Positions 1 to 8,097 of a stretch of 9,897 bases of DNA are shown piece after piece (position 1 is the first letter of the stretch; every line of letters starts with the position of its first letter). The notes under the pieces are model-generated. The model worked only from the letters and a program-made list of their open reading frames with translations. It was not told the origin of the DNA and ran no database searches. The DNA is from Caecitellus pseudoparvulus (lineage: Eukaryota > Protista > Bigyra: Bicosoecida): positions 1 to 9,897 of the forward strand of contig CBFFRQ010000201.1 in NCBI GenBank assembly GCA_965644315.1, given 5' to 3'. Position numbers and translations under genes: made by a program.

Positions 1-451
1 CACATTGGATCAGCACCAGACGCCGGTTGACCCGCTCTCGAGTTCTTTTGATGAGCGACACTCGCGCTGTCATACGTTTCTTTACTCGACTTTGGGTTTG
101 GATGGCCGTTTGCGGTTGCGGGAGCTCAGTGTGGGGCACTCTTGAGATTGCATGAGCTTCTCGTGCAGCTTGAGCAATCGCAGTGTTCATGCGCTGTAGA
201 GTCCAGGCAGCGGTGGGGGGGTGCTGTGTCTCTTCCATCCTCATAGCCTCATCGAGGCATGTCCTGTACGTCTGCTGTGCCGCCTTCCCCTCATCAGTTG
301 CTGCTGACCACCAGGGTGGAGCTGTTGCCTGCCGTGCTGGTGATGCTCTTGCGTGAGATCGTGTACCAAGCTTCACCCGAACCTCAGTGCTGAGCAGGTG
401 ATGGTCACTGAAGACTCGCGTGCCAGTCCGTCGCTGCCCTTGCCCAGCTAT
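1..451 (-). mobile_element. 5'-truncated copy of a diverged related non-LTR element (element A): end of the APE domain plus EN-RT linker, running off the left edge of the window
   Basis: Manual translation of 451..2 gives 150 stop-free codons: ...RVFSDHHLLSTEVRVK...APPWWSAATDEGKAAQQTYRTCL...TLQRMNTAIAQAAREAHAISRVPHTELPQPQTAIQTQSRVKKRMTARVS. This matches the main ORF segment SDHHLLVCEVNLK...VPPWWSSKSPVGLAAQSMYRGTL...TLASLNQAVGEAARTTHDKAKTPADPLPQLKSDISITSDLKKRLTANAS at 21/52 and 20/49 identities in two gapless blocks. An in-frame TGA at 454..452 lies immediately upstream. Confidence 0.9.
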
Positions 452-469
452 TCAAAATGCATTGTGCCT

Positions 470-546
470 CCATGTTCGGCTGAACATGGTACAGCTTGAG
501 CATCACATGGGTGACTCGTCATGCAACTAAGTACGCCCGAGTCACC
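470..546. other. Two stem-loops next to the junction with element A
   Basis: CCATGTTC-ggct-GAACATGG (470..489) and GGTGACTCG-19 nt-CGAGTCACC (510..546). Confidence 0.6.
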
Positions 547-906
547 GCCACGGCTACCGCTTCATACGGTTCTGCAGCAAACACAGGCTTCGCCCGTTTT
601 ATGTGCCGCCGTGTGCTAGGGCAGGTTCCTGCCCGCTCCGGTTTGTGGTAGTGGCCTTCGTATCATGTCCTCGCTCCGCCCTCCAGTCTTGTCGCGTCGC
701 CGTCGGTCTCCAGGCAATCGGGGAACCAAAGCAGTCCTGTCCTGAGTTCATAAGCATTCTTTCTTCTTTGCGTTGGATGTCCTTGCCCTAGGTGATCTCC
801 ATCCGCATCATCTGAGCTATATGCGTCATGTTCACATGAGCTTGCCGCCAGGACCGTGTGCGGAAGTTGGTGTTGCACACCAGGGCTGCGTGTGTGTGAC
901 AGACAC

Positions 907-1179
907 TCATCTCGCTTGGCGCTGGGCAGTATCAGAGACGGAGAGACGGTTCGGAGGAAGTCTGTTGCATCGTCTTGGGGTTTCTGTTTCGAGAGAGTCG
1001 GCGCGGGATGAGTGGGAAGTGAGTTCAGCCGTAGCCCCGGTGATGGAGAGAAAGCAGAAGCATAGAGGCTTTGTCTCCTTTCCCGTTGTTTCTCGCGGGT
1101 ATCGCACATTGGGGTGCGTATGTTGGGGGCTGTTAATGCCATGATTTGGTAGGCGGTTGGCTGGCTTGACAGCATCGGT
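907..1179 (-). pseudogene. Possible short C-terminal fragment of a further relative (element B')
   Basis: A 90-codon open frame contains GINSPQHTHPNVRY, versus GMRNPQHT--NVRV near the main ORF C-terminus. There is matching nucleotide similarity (about 1103..1140 vs 1511..1542). Weak support. Confidence 0.25.
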
Positions 1180-1443
1180 TCACGTATGCATCCTTACCGT
1201 CTCTCGAGCTGGGGGGTGGATGCTGTGGTAGGAGTAGTGAGCCTTGTGTGAGGCTGCTTTAGGTTAGTGTGAAACAGTTCCTCATCGAGTCGAAGGCAGT
1301 GTTGGAGGGTACTGTGCACTTTTCCCAAATTAGTAGGGGGATCTGGCCAACTCTGGCAGGAAGGAGAGAGCATGTCCAGCGTTGGGTGGGTGAGTGTGTC
1401 ATGTGCTGCAGCTCTGGCTTTGGGGGCATGCCAGTCGTGCAGT

Positions 1444-4400
1444 TTAGGCCATGTTGGGCAGTGGTACCCCAAGTCCATACACCGCCCGCCAAAGAAATTC
1501 CGCATGGACGCGAACATTCGTGTGTTGGGGGTTCCTCATACCGATCATGGCTGCGACAGTGATTGACCATACTCTGGCAGTAAACCCAGCCGCATTTTGC
1601 AGGATGGTCCGCCAGTGTCTGGGGGGAGCAGTGTTTGTCGAGTTGACTCTGTGGGAAATGTGTGGGTACGAGAGAACCGTTGCTTCTTCTCTGGAAACGA
1701 CCTGTTCATCGCCAGCTTGGTCCCACCGGTAGGGCCACTGTCCGCACAGGAAGAGGCGGTGGAGGATTGCTGCATCGTGCACTGAGGCAGGGAGCACGTC
1801 TGGTCCTTTCTGAAGGACTGCTCGGATCTTTGGCGGGATGGGCAGTTCGCGTGATCTCAATGGAGGCTGTTCGGTTGGGCGATCTCGGAGGGCTAACTCC
1901 TGCAGTTTTTCAAGTGTGCTCGTTCGGGCATGGCCGAGTTCCTGGTGCTGGCATGCCATTAACAGGTGATTTTGAAGGTGTGAGGGAACTGGATCGCCAC
2001 AGAGAGGGCAGTGTTCAAGGAAGGCAAGGCCATCTCCCCTGCTCAGGACCTGCAAAGTTTGAAACTGGTGGACCATGACCCGAGTTGGTCGGTCGGCAGC
2101 GCAGGCCCAGAAGAGGGGGCTGACTCCTTGGGGAATGGGATGAAGCCAGACAAACTGACGAGCCCCTTCTCCAAGGACGTGCGGGTGTGGTCTGATTGCC
2201 TTCGGTAGCAACCCGTCAACAGTGTACCGGGTCTCCGCACAGGGCACTGTTTGGATAATGTGGAGGTAGGAGCTGATGATGTGGCGTCTCACGTTCCAGG
2301 GGGTAGTGGCAGGAAACTGCGGAGGGGATAGCATGGATGAGTCGTCAGGGGCGGCCATCCCAATGACCCGGGATCGAGGGGTTGATGGTCCACCCGGGAG
2401 TTCTGTGAGGATTTGTTCCAGTGCGTCCTTTGCTCTGGGGGATGCAGGTGAGCATGCGATTCTAAGGAGCTCCCGGCTTGGCATGCAGCCATGAAGCCAG
2501 AGGTCTAGGAGCGCATGTAGAGCCCACGGTGGGGGGGCTTTGGAGCATTGCTCATGGCCAGCTTCCGTTATAACGTCAACGATGAACTTGGTCGTTACCG
2601 GCGACGGCAACATGTCAAGAGCTTGGGGGATTGTCAGGCAGAGTGCTTGGGCAATCGGGGACCCCGAGTGAAGTTTGGGTAGGAGTTTCATGAACATGCG
2701 TACGCGAAGCTGTGTGGTTCGTATGTGTGCTGGAAGGATGCCGCAGAGGGCTATGGTCGAGTAGCTATGGCGGCGCATGAGTGCGCTCTGAGACCCCAGT
2801 TGTGTACGTTCCAGGGCGATGGCTACTCCTCGATCAACTTGCCTGAGAGGCAGTAGGGAGCTATTTGCCTGAGTGGAGAGGGAGTAGTCGGCCGCTGAAG
2901 TTATGGTAGAGCATCCCATCACGTGTCGTTGTTTCATGTCAAGCCATTCAGCGCTCAGTAGTGCTCCTGCAGCAAAGCCGGCCTGGGTGCATGCGAGGCT
3001 GGCTTGTTTGAGGCTGAGGGCGCGTGATGTTCGCATGCGTTCAGATAGCGGTACTCCGAGATACGTGTACTCAACTACACGTTGAATGCGCCCTCCTTTG
3101 ACTCTGAGTGCCTTCCCTGCTCTCAGAGCCGTTCCGTTCCACACCGAGCACTTTCTCGCATCTGGGTGGAGGGGGGAGTTTCGGCTTGTCGGGGTGGTGA
3201 TAATCATCACGCCGGACTTGGCAGGGTTGATGGATAGCCCAACCCGGGCTCCCACAGCCTTGACTTCCCGGAGCATGAGGCGGAGGGCGGTAGCAGATGT
3301 GGCAAGGCAGGCAAGGTCATCAGCATAGAGGGTGTGGCTGACGATGCCTGAGGGGGTTGGAATGCCCACACCAGTGATTCGTTCGGATGCCAGTTCACCT
3401 AGCCTGTGCGACAAGACATCCACGGCAATCTTAAACAGAAGCGGTGAAAGAGTTCCACCCTGTGGGACCCCATTCGTGACAGGTAGGGGTCTACATAGAC
3501 CGTGTTTGGTGTTGATGGAGACGGAGGCGCGGCTCATGTACTCCTTCACAAGAGACAGGAGCGGGGTTGGCAGCTGAGCAGCCTCAAGAATCTCGATCAC
3601 CGCTTTGTGTGAGACCGAGTCGAAGGCACCCTTGAAGTCAACGAAGAGGACAAGGGCGTGGGAGGGTGTGCTGCGAGATCTGATGTACCCGTGGATGGTC
3701 TCTTGGAGGGCAAGGACATGTTCGTGAGTATTGCGCCCTCGTGTAAATCCCGCCTGTTCCTTTGATATCCAGGTTTGGATCCACGTGTCAAGGCACATGG
3801 CAACCGCAGAAAAGAAGAGCTTGGCAGGAGGGGGGCGGCAAACTATGAGACGGTAAGTGTGAAGGCGGCCTGTTTCACTTGCCCTTTTTGGTATGAGGTT
3901 CCCGATACCAACATGGTAATCAGAAGGACATGTTCCCTGTTCCAGGGCATTGATCATCGACTGGGCATACACATGTTGGAAACCGTGTCCCGCATACTTG
4001 ATGTGTTCAGACTGAAAGTGACCAGACCCAGGGTGTCTGTGGAGACTCAGGGACGTCATCAAGGCAATGATCTGCTCTGTTGAAGGGAGCCATGCAACAG
4101 GGGGAGAGAAAGTTCGACCGGCATACGGGAGAAGTCGGGCTAGTCCATGTGCAAGTGGGGGCTGGGGGGGGGTTGTCTGGCTCAGAACCATTGACATCTG
4201 TTTGGCGACTTCATGTTTGACCAGGGCAGGGTCCGAGACCAGTTGTCCAGAGTCCAACATGACTGTCGAAAGAGGTGGGCGTCGTGTTCGCTTGCCTCGT
4301 CCACTGAGGCGTTTGATGTGAGAGTGTGCGATGTATGGGTCACGTATAGCAAGCTCTTTCAGTCTGGCTTGGATCCGAAGAAGGGTAGCACGTCGCTTCG

Positions 4401-7400
4401 ATTTAAGGAGACGGGTACACTGACGCATTGCTGCCTTTCGGCATTGCAATGTCGACTGGATGTCCTCAGCTGCCATAGCAATCCGCTCCCGTAGGGTGGC
4501 AGCATTGTGTTCGTTCCCGTGCCTCCCTGCTTCCAAAGAGAGCTTTCGGACCAGCTTCTTGGTAACCTTGCGCAGTTTGGAGGCGTTCGCCGTGAGGCGC
4601 TTCTTGAGATCGCTTGTTATTGAAATGTCCGATTTCAGCTGTGGGAGAGGGTCTGCTGGAGTTTTGGCTTTGTCATGCGTTGTGCGAGCAGCTTCCCCAA
4701 CAGCTTGATTGAGAGATGCTAGTGTCGGAGGGGTCCCGGCATCAGTAGTGAGGTTTGGGAGAAGCGATGACAGGGTTCCACGGTACATCGACTGAGCCGC
4801 AAGCCCAACTGGTGATTTTGAGCTCCACCACGGAGGGACAACGCCTGAAGCCCGTTGGCGAGGGTTGCCTTGAGGTGCGTCAGGGGGTTTCAGGTTGACT
4901 TCGCAAACAAGAAGGTGATGGTCGCTCATGAGTAGGCGTGAAGCGTCTGTTCGCGCGCCTGTAGAGAATGTTGTGATAGCGCGCTGAGGGTGAGACACCT
5001 TACTGCGCAGGTCAGCCGAGATAAGGATGTGATCGAGGGCACGATGATAACGGGCATGTGTTGACATGCCTCCTTGCCCAGCGGGAAGGAGCGTTCCCTG
5101 CGTACACAGCTTGAGCAGTTGCCATACGTCTGCTGTGGGGTTTGGAACACCGGTTCGGTTGTTCCAGTCTTGTGCCGTCCAGCACGGGACCCCTTTGTCA
5201 CCTGGGTGGCAGTTTAAATCGCCCATGACAACAACCATGTGCGTGTGCCGTAGGCTCTCGATTGCCGACTGGAGTTGTCGCCAGACCTCCTGGCGATATG
5301 GGAGTCTTGTGTCTGGGTCAGCCACTGGCCTTGTTCTTTGCCACGTGTGCCAGTTTGGAACATAAGAAGCAATGATGGCGAGAGGCTTCGGGCTCGCTGG
5401 AATTGAGCAAGCCACAGAGCAGCGCCCATCGAGCCCAAGGTTAGGGAGTAAGGAGCCGTTGAGGCGCCTGTCAAGAAGCATCGCAACCTCGCTGCGGCCG
5501 ACTGGGCAGTTCGGTGGGGAGAGTCGGAAGCATTCCAAACCGTGAATCTCAGTGTCAAGCATTCCCCGACCCCCCGGCTCTGTTAAGCCCAGGGCTAGTA
5601 AGGAGCCTTTGCGGCAGGCAGACTTCACGCATGTGATAAGTTCGTGTAAGTGGCGTCCACAGGTGTGTCGGACATTCCATGTGCTGAGGGAGATCCGTAG
5701 GTTTCCACTCCTCCCAATCGGTGTCTGCGGCTCGTCTTTGTCCTGTCCACCGTCAGAAATCCCGCTCTCAGGAATCAGGGAGAGTATGGGGTCGGTATCC
5801 CTCGCTTTCTCAATCACTGCTGTTTGCTTGCGTGTTGCTGGGGCTTCAGGGAGCTGGACGCGCAGAGTCTTCCCAGCGATGAGAGTTCTGGAGAATGCAG
5901 TCCCGTCTGCATGAATGTACGGGAGAGGGGGGAACTCATCTCTGAGCGAGGTCAGGGCAGTGGATAGTCGGTCTCTGAATGATACAGGGTTCCCCTTCAG
6001 TGGGATTGAGGAGATGCGGTACACTGAGGTAATACCCTGCGCGTGAAGTGCTGAGAGACACCCGGACAGCGGTATTTCAGAGCTCCGAAATGGATCGTCA
6101 GGGTTCCAGATCACCAGTCGCATCTTCTTTCGGTCAACAATGATCAGTTGGAGGTGTGATGCTGCACCTGAGGTGGCCTCGCTCAGGCCAAAAGCAATGT
6201 GCACACCTACAAAGATGTCCGCCCCCTCACCACTGTCTGCTGTAGCAGAGGTGTCGACTACCCAGTGTCCAGCCTTTGCTCCGCCGGTAAGGTCAGCATG
6301 GCCTTCATTCAGTTTTGCAAGAAGGAGATGCAATCCAGGCAGAAGTACAGGGGGAGTTGACGCAAGCATGGTCGAGTCTTCAGGTGCATGCCGTTTGAGC
6401 AGGTCCTTGAAGACCTCAAGTCGGTGGTGGTCTGAAGTCAAGTCGGGCGGGGCCTTGGAGGAGATGCTTTCGATGTCCGATTCCGATGATCCCGGTTCAT
6501 ATCCTCCCGTCGGTTGGTGAAGAGCCCTGAAGGAGCGTTGTGCAGCACGAACTGTTGCGGCGTGTTGCAGGAGAACAAGGTCATCCTCTGCGAAGATTGG
6601 TTCACCAGCTGCTGTTTCAAGGCAAGCCTGAACGCAGTGGCGGTCGTCTTTGTTGCGATAGGCATGAGCAGTATGTAGCAGTTGTTGAACAGGGGTGCCA
6701 AGGTTCAGGTTGACTTGCTTCAGTGCGGGAGGACGCCGGCTACACTCAGACAGCTTGATCAAGGTGATCTCAGGCTTGTCTAGGGGAGTAGCTTCGTCGT
6801 GTGCTTCCCCGCTTCCAGAGTGAGAAGCTGGGGGGGTTTGTGCCGGAGGCTGTTCTTCCTTGGGAGCGGGTGAGTCCCACCGACTGAAGTGTGCCTTGCG
6901 AGCACGAGGAGCGGGGGTCTTCGAAGACTTGGGTGTCTCATCAGGGGTTGGGGAAACCCGTTCAGAGGGAACAGGTTGAGTACCGTGAGTTGATGTCGCC
7001 GTGTCATCTGCTAGGGGCTTGAAGATGTCAGCAAACTTGCGGGGAAACACGTGCTTCGTCGGCGAAGGGCGTTTTCCTCTCCGTGTCTGGCCCTTCTTTG
7101 ATGGCCCTTTGGCTCCACCCCCTTTCTTGGGAAGTGATGAATGTTGCTCAGGTTTGTGGGTGGCAGGCATGTCGACAGGGGCATCTCCTCCAGGAGGGAC
7201 GGATTGTCTGACATGTCGTGATTGGCGTGGCCCAGATGTCGGTGCGGAAGTTCTCTCCTTGACCAGCTGAATCACTGCAGCCACGTCGCCACTAGATCGT
7301 GCAATAGCTGTCGCCTCTTCGACGACGGCACATGCAATTCTAAGTGTGGATGGTGAGACGTTCACGGCCGCCTTGGCCCGGGCAGCGGCAAATTGCTTCG

Positions 7401-8097
7401 TCCCAGTGTACACAACACAGAGGAAGCCTCCGCCATCGAGGTGAACAGTCGAGTTGCTGTCGTGAGCAGCCAGTTCGCGAACTCGTTGTGCCATGAATGG
7501 GCCTTTGCCATCACTTGGCAGAGATACAAGCAGGCTCATGGTGCCGTTGGCCCCACTTCGGAGTGCCGCCCTAGCGCGCCCAATTTCCGCGCCCAGCCCT
7601 GAAACGAGAGCATCAGCAGCAGACCCGAACGTGGAGAGCCACTTGTCACGGATGTCAGATGGAGACCTTCCCCCGATGTACTCAGCAGGTATCCCTCCCA
7701 GTGAGAACGTACGCGCAGCCCCCCGGCGTGGCATGTTGTCGAGCACGCCAGTTCGTGGTCCCCGCGGCACTTCGCCAGCGATGCACTTCTCCACAAACAT
7801 CGCGCCAAGAACTTGGGACACTTGGGACGACATGGTGCTGATAGGACGCTGACCAGGAAGCGTAGAGGGTGGTGACTTTCGTAGAGCAGACACTTGAGCA
7901 AGTGTGAGGGGATGGCGTGCGGAAATCGCACAGCCGACACCTCCGCACCCTGTAAATGCACGATCACTGTGCACACCACACTTGGGTGCACAAGCGACGC
8001 ACACTTGCTTCTCAAAAAAGAAGCGGGCCACAGTTCTCGCTTGCGTCGCGCACATATCTTGCACGAAACATGGTGAGTCACCGTGTGAGATGAGCAT
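1444..8097 (-). CDS. Single-ORF non-LTR retrotransposon polyprotein (putative RRM-like region, putative Josephin-like protease, APE endonuclease, reverse transcriptase, CCHC zinc knuckle), 2217 aa
   Basis: Uninterrupted 6.65-kb ORF. APE motifs: TWNVR, GLTEP, SYVPN, MGDLN, LDHIL, SDHH. RT motifs: LIPK, YRLI, QAGFTRGR, VDFKGAFDSV, GVPQGGTLSPLLF, YADD, GLSINPAKS, YTYLGV. C-terminal CPLC-x10-H-x4-C. The true start may be Met89 (ATG at 7833, context AGCACCATG) rather than 8097. Confidence 0.95.
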   Translation of the reverse strand: MLISHGDSPCFVQDMCATQARTVARFFFEKQVCVACAPKCGVHSDRAFTGCGGVGCAISARHPLTLAQVSALRKSPPSTLPGQRPISTMSSQVSQVLGAMFVEKCIAGEVPRGPRTGVLDNMPRRGAARTFSLGGIPAEYIGGRSPSDIRDKWLSTFGSAADALVSGLGAEIGRARAALRSGANGTMSLLVSLPSDGKGPFMAQRVRELAAHDSNSTVHLDGGGFLCVVYTGTKQFAAARAKAAVNVSPSTLRIACAVVEEATAIARSSGDVAAVIQLVKERTSAPTSGPRQSRHVRQSVPPGGDAPVDMPATHKPEQHSSLPKKGGGAKGPSKKGQTRRGKRPSPTKHVFPRKFADIFKPLADDTATSTHGTQPVPSERVSPTPDETPKSSKTPAPRARKAHFSRWDSPAPKEEQPPAQTPPASHSGSGEAHDEATPLDKPEITLIKLSECSRRPPALKQVNLNLGTPVQQLLHTAHAYRNKDDRHCVQACLETAAGEPIFAEDDLVLLQHAATVRAAQRSFRALHQPTGGYEPGSSESDIESISSKAPPDLTSDHHRLEVFKDLLKRHAPEDSTMLASTPPVLLPGLHLLLAKLNEGHADLTGGAKAGHWVVDTSATADSGEGADIFVGVHIAFGLSEATSGAASHLQLIIVDRKKMRLVIWNPDDPFRSSEIPLSGCLSALHAQGITSVYRISSIPLKGNPVSFRDRLSTALTSLRDEFPPLPYIHADGTAFSRTLIAGKTLRVQLPEAPATRKQTAVIEKARDTDPILSLIPESGISDGGQDKDEPQTPIGRSGNLRISLSTWNVRHTCGRHLHELITCVKSACRKGSLLALGLTEPGGRGMLDTEIHGLECFRLSPPNCPVGRSEVAMLLDRRLNGSLLPNLGLDGRCSVACSIPASPKPLAIIASYVPNWHTWQRTRPVADPDTRLPYRQEVWRQLQSAIESLRHTHMVVVMGDLNCHPGDKGVPCWTAQDWNNRTGVPNPTADVWQLLKLCTQGTLLPAGQGGMSTHARYHRALDHILISADLRSKVSHPQRAITTFSTGARTDASRLLMSDHHLLVCEVNLKPPDAPQGNPRQRASGVVPPWWSSKSPVGLAAQSMYRGTLSSLLPNLTTDAGTPPTLASLNQAVGEAARTTHDKAKTPADPLPQLKSDISITSDLKKRLTANASKLRKVTKKLVRKLSLEAGRHGNEHNAATLRERIAMAAEDIQSTLQCRKAAMRQCTRLLKSKRRATLLRIQARLKELAIRDPYIAHSHIKRLSGRGKRTRRPPLSTVMLDSGQLVSDPALVKHEVAKQMSMVLSQTTPPQPPLAHGLARLLPYAGRTFSPPVAWLPSTEQIIALMTSLSLHRHPGSGHFQSEHIKYAGHGFQHVYAQSMINALEQGTCPSDYHVGIGNLIPKRASETGRLHTYRLIVCRPPPAKLFFSAVAMCLDTWIQTWISKEQAGFTRGRNTHEHVLALQETIHGYIRSRSTPSHALVLFVDFKGAFDSVSHKAVIEILEAAQLPTPLLSLVKEYMSRASVSINTKHGLCRPLPVTNGVPQGGTLSPLLFKIAVDVLSHRLGELASERITGVGIPTPSGIVSHTLYADDLACLATSATALRLMLREVKAVGARVGLSINPAKSGVMIITTPTSRNSPLHPDARKCSVWNGTALRAGKALRVKGGRIQRVVEYTYLGVPLSERMRTSRALSLKQASLACTQAGFAAGALLSAEWLDMKQRHVMGCSTITSAADYSLSTQANSSLLPLRQVDRGVAIALERTQLGSQSALMRRHSYSTIALCGILPAHIRTTQLRVRMFMKLLPKLHSGSPIAQALCLTIPQALDMLPSPVTTKFIVDVITEAGHEQCSKAPPPWALHALLDLWLHGCMPSRELLRIACSPASPRAKDALEQILTELPGGPSTPRSRVIGMAAPDDSSMLSPPQFPATTPWNVRRHIISSYLHIIQTVPCAETRYTVDGLLPKAIRPHPHVLGEGARQFVWLHPIPQGVSPLFWACAADRPTRVMVHQFQTLQVLSRGDGLAFLEHCPLCGDPVPSHLQNHLLMACQHQELGHARTSTLEKLQELALRDRPTEQPPLRSRELPIPPKIRAVLQKGPDVLPASVHDAAILHRLFLCGQWPYRWDQAGDEQVVSREEATVLSYPHISHRVNSTNTAPPRHWRTILQNAAGFTARVWSITVAAMIGMRNPQHTNVRVHAEFLWRAVYGLGVPLPNMA
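1951..2010 (-). other. C-terminal CCHC zinc knuckle of the non-LTR protein
   Basis: CPLCGDPVPSHLQNHLLMAC = C-x2-C-x10-H-x4-C, followed by a C....L...R pattern typical of LINE ORF2 C-termini. Confidence 0.85.
3050..4035 (-). other. Non-LTR reverse transcriptase domain
   Basis: Motifs: PGSG (variant of the domain-0 PGPDG), LIPK, YRLI, QAGF, DFKGAFDSV, GVPQG.LSP.LF, YADD at 3327..3316, GL.IN..KS, YLG. Confidence 0.97.
4890..5700 (-). other. APE-like (exonuclease/endonuclease/phosphatase fold) endonuclease domain
   Basis: Expected catalytic residues occur in the correct order: N808 (TWNVR, W codon at 5679), E840 (GLTEP, 5580), Y of SYVPN, D960/N962 (GDLN, 5220), D of LDHIL, D1059/H1060 (SDH, 4926..4918). 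Confidence 0.93.
6090..6660 (-). other. Putative Josephin-like (papain-fold) cysteine protease domain
   Basis: CVQACLETAAGEPIFAEDDLVLLQH (C488, codon 6636) aligns without gaps by eye to the recalled ataxin-3 Josephin motif CAQHCLNNLLQGEYFSPVELSSIAH. Candidate catalytic His in GHWVV (H611) or SHLQLIIVD (H648), with Asn in VIWNP (N665). No profile search was run. Confidence 0.55.
7510..7713 (-). other. Possible RRM-like (ORF1p-like) nucleic-acid-binding region
   Basis: RTFSLGGIP...SPSDIRDKWLSTFG resembles the RNP2 strand plus helix 1 of RRM folds. Recognised by eye only. Confidence 0.3.

Noticed and set aside
663-1175. 170-aa minus-strand ORF and the other short ORFs in 603..1570
   Set aside because: No recognisable motifs. 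Composition fits chance ORFs in GC-rich UTR-like sequence.
1258-1267. TTTAGGTTAG, identical to the telomere junction at 8960..8969
   Set aside because: A single 10-mer with no flanking repeat. It could be chance and is too short to call a telomeric remnant or target-site duplication.
1700-1950. Possible restriction-like endonuclease (RLE) after the CCHC knuckle (KGPDVL), which would make the element a dual-endonuclease Dualen
   Set aside because: No RHN/RHD motif and no downstream D/E-x-K-type catalytic motif are visible. A PD dipeptide alone is insufficient. HHpred could revisit this.
3050-4035. Telomerase reverse transcriptase (TERT) or Penelope/Athena RT
   Set aside because: The motifs (QAGF, AFDSV, GVPQG.LSP.LF, YADD) and the APE fusion are non-LTR type. 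No TERT T-motif or GIY-YIG domain is present.
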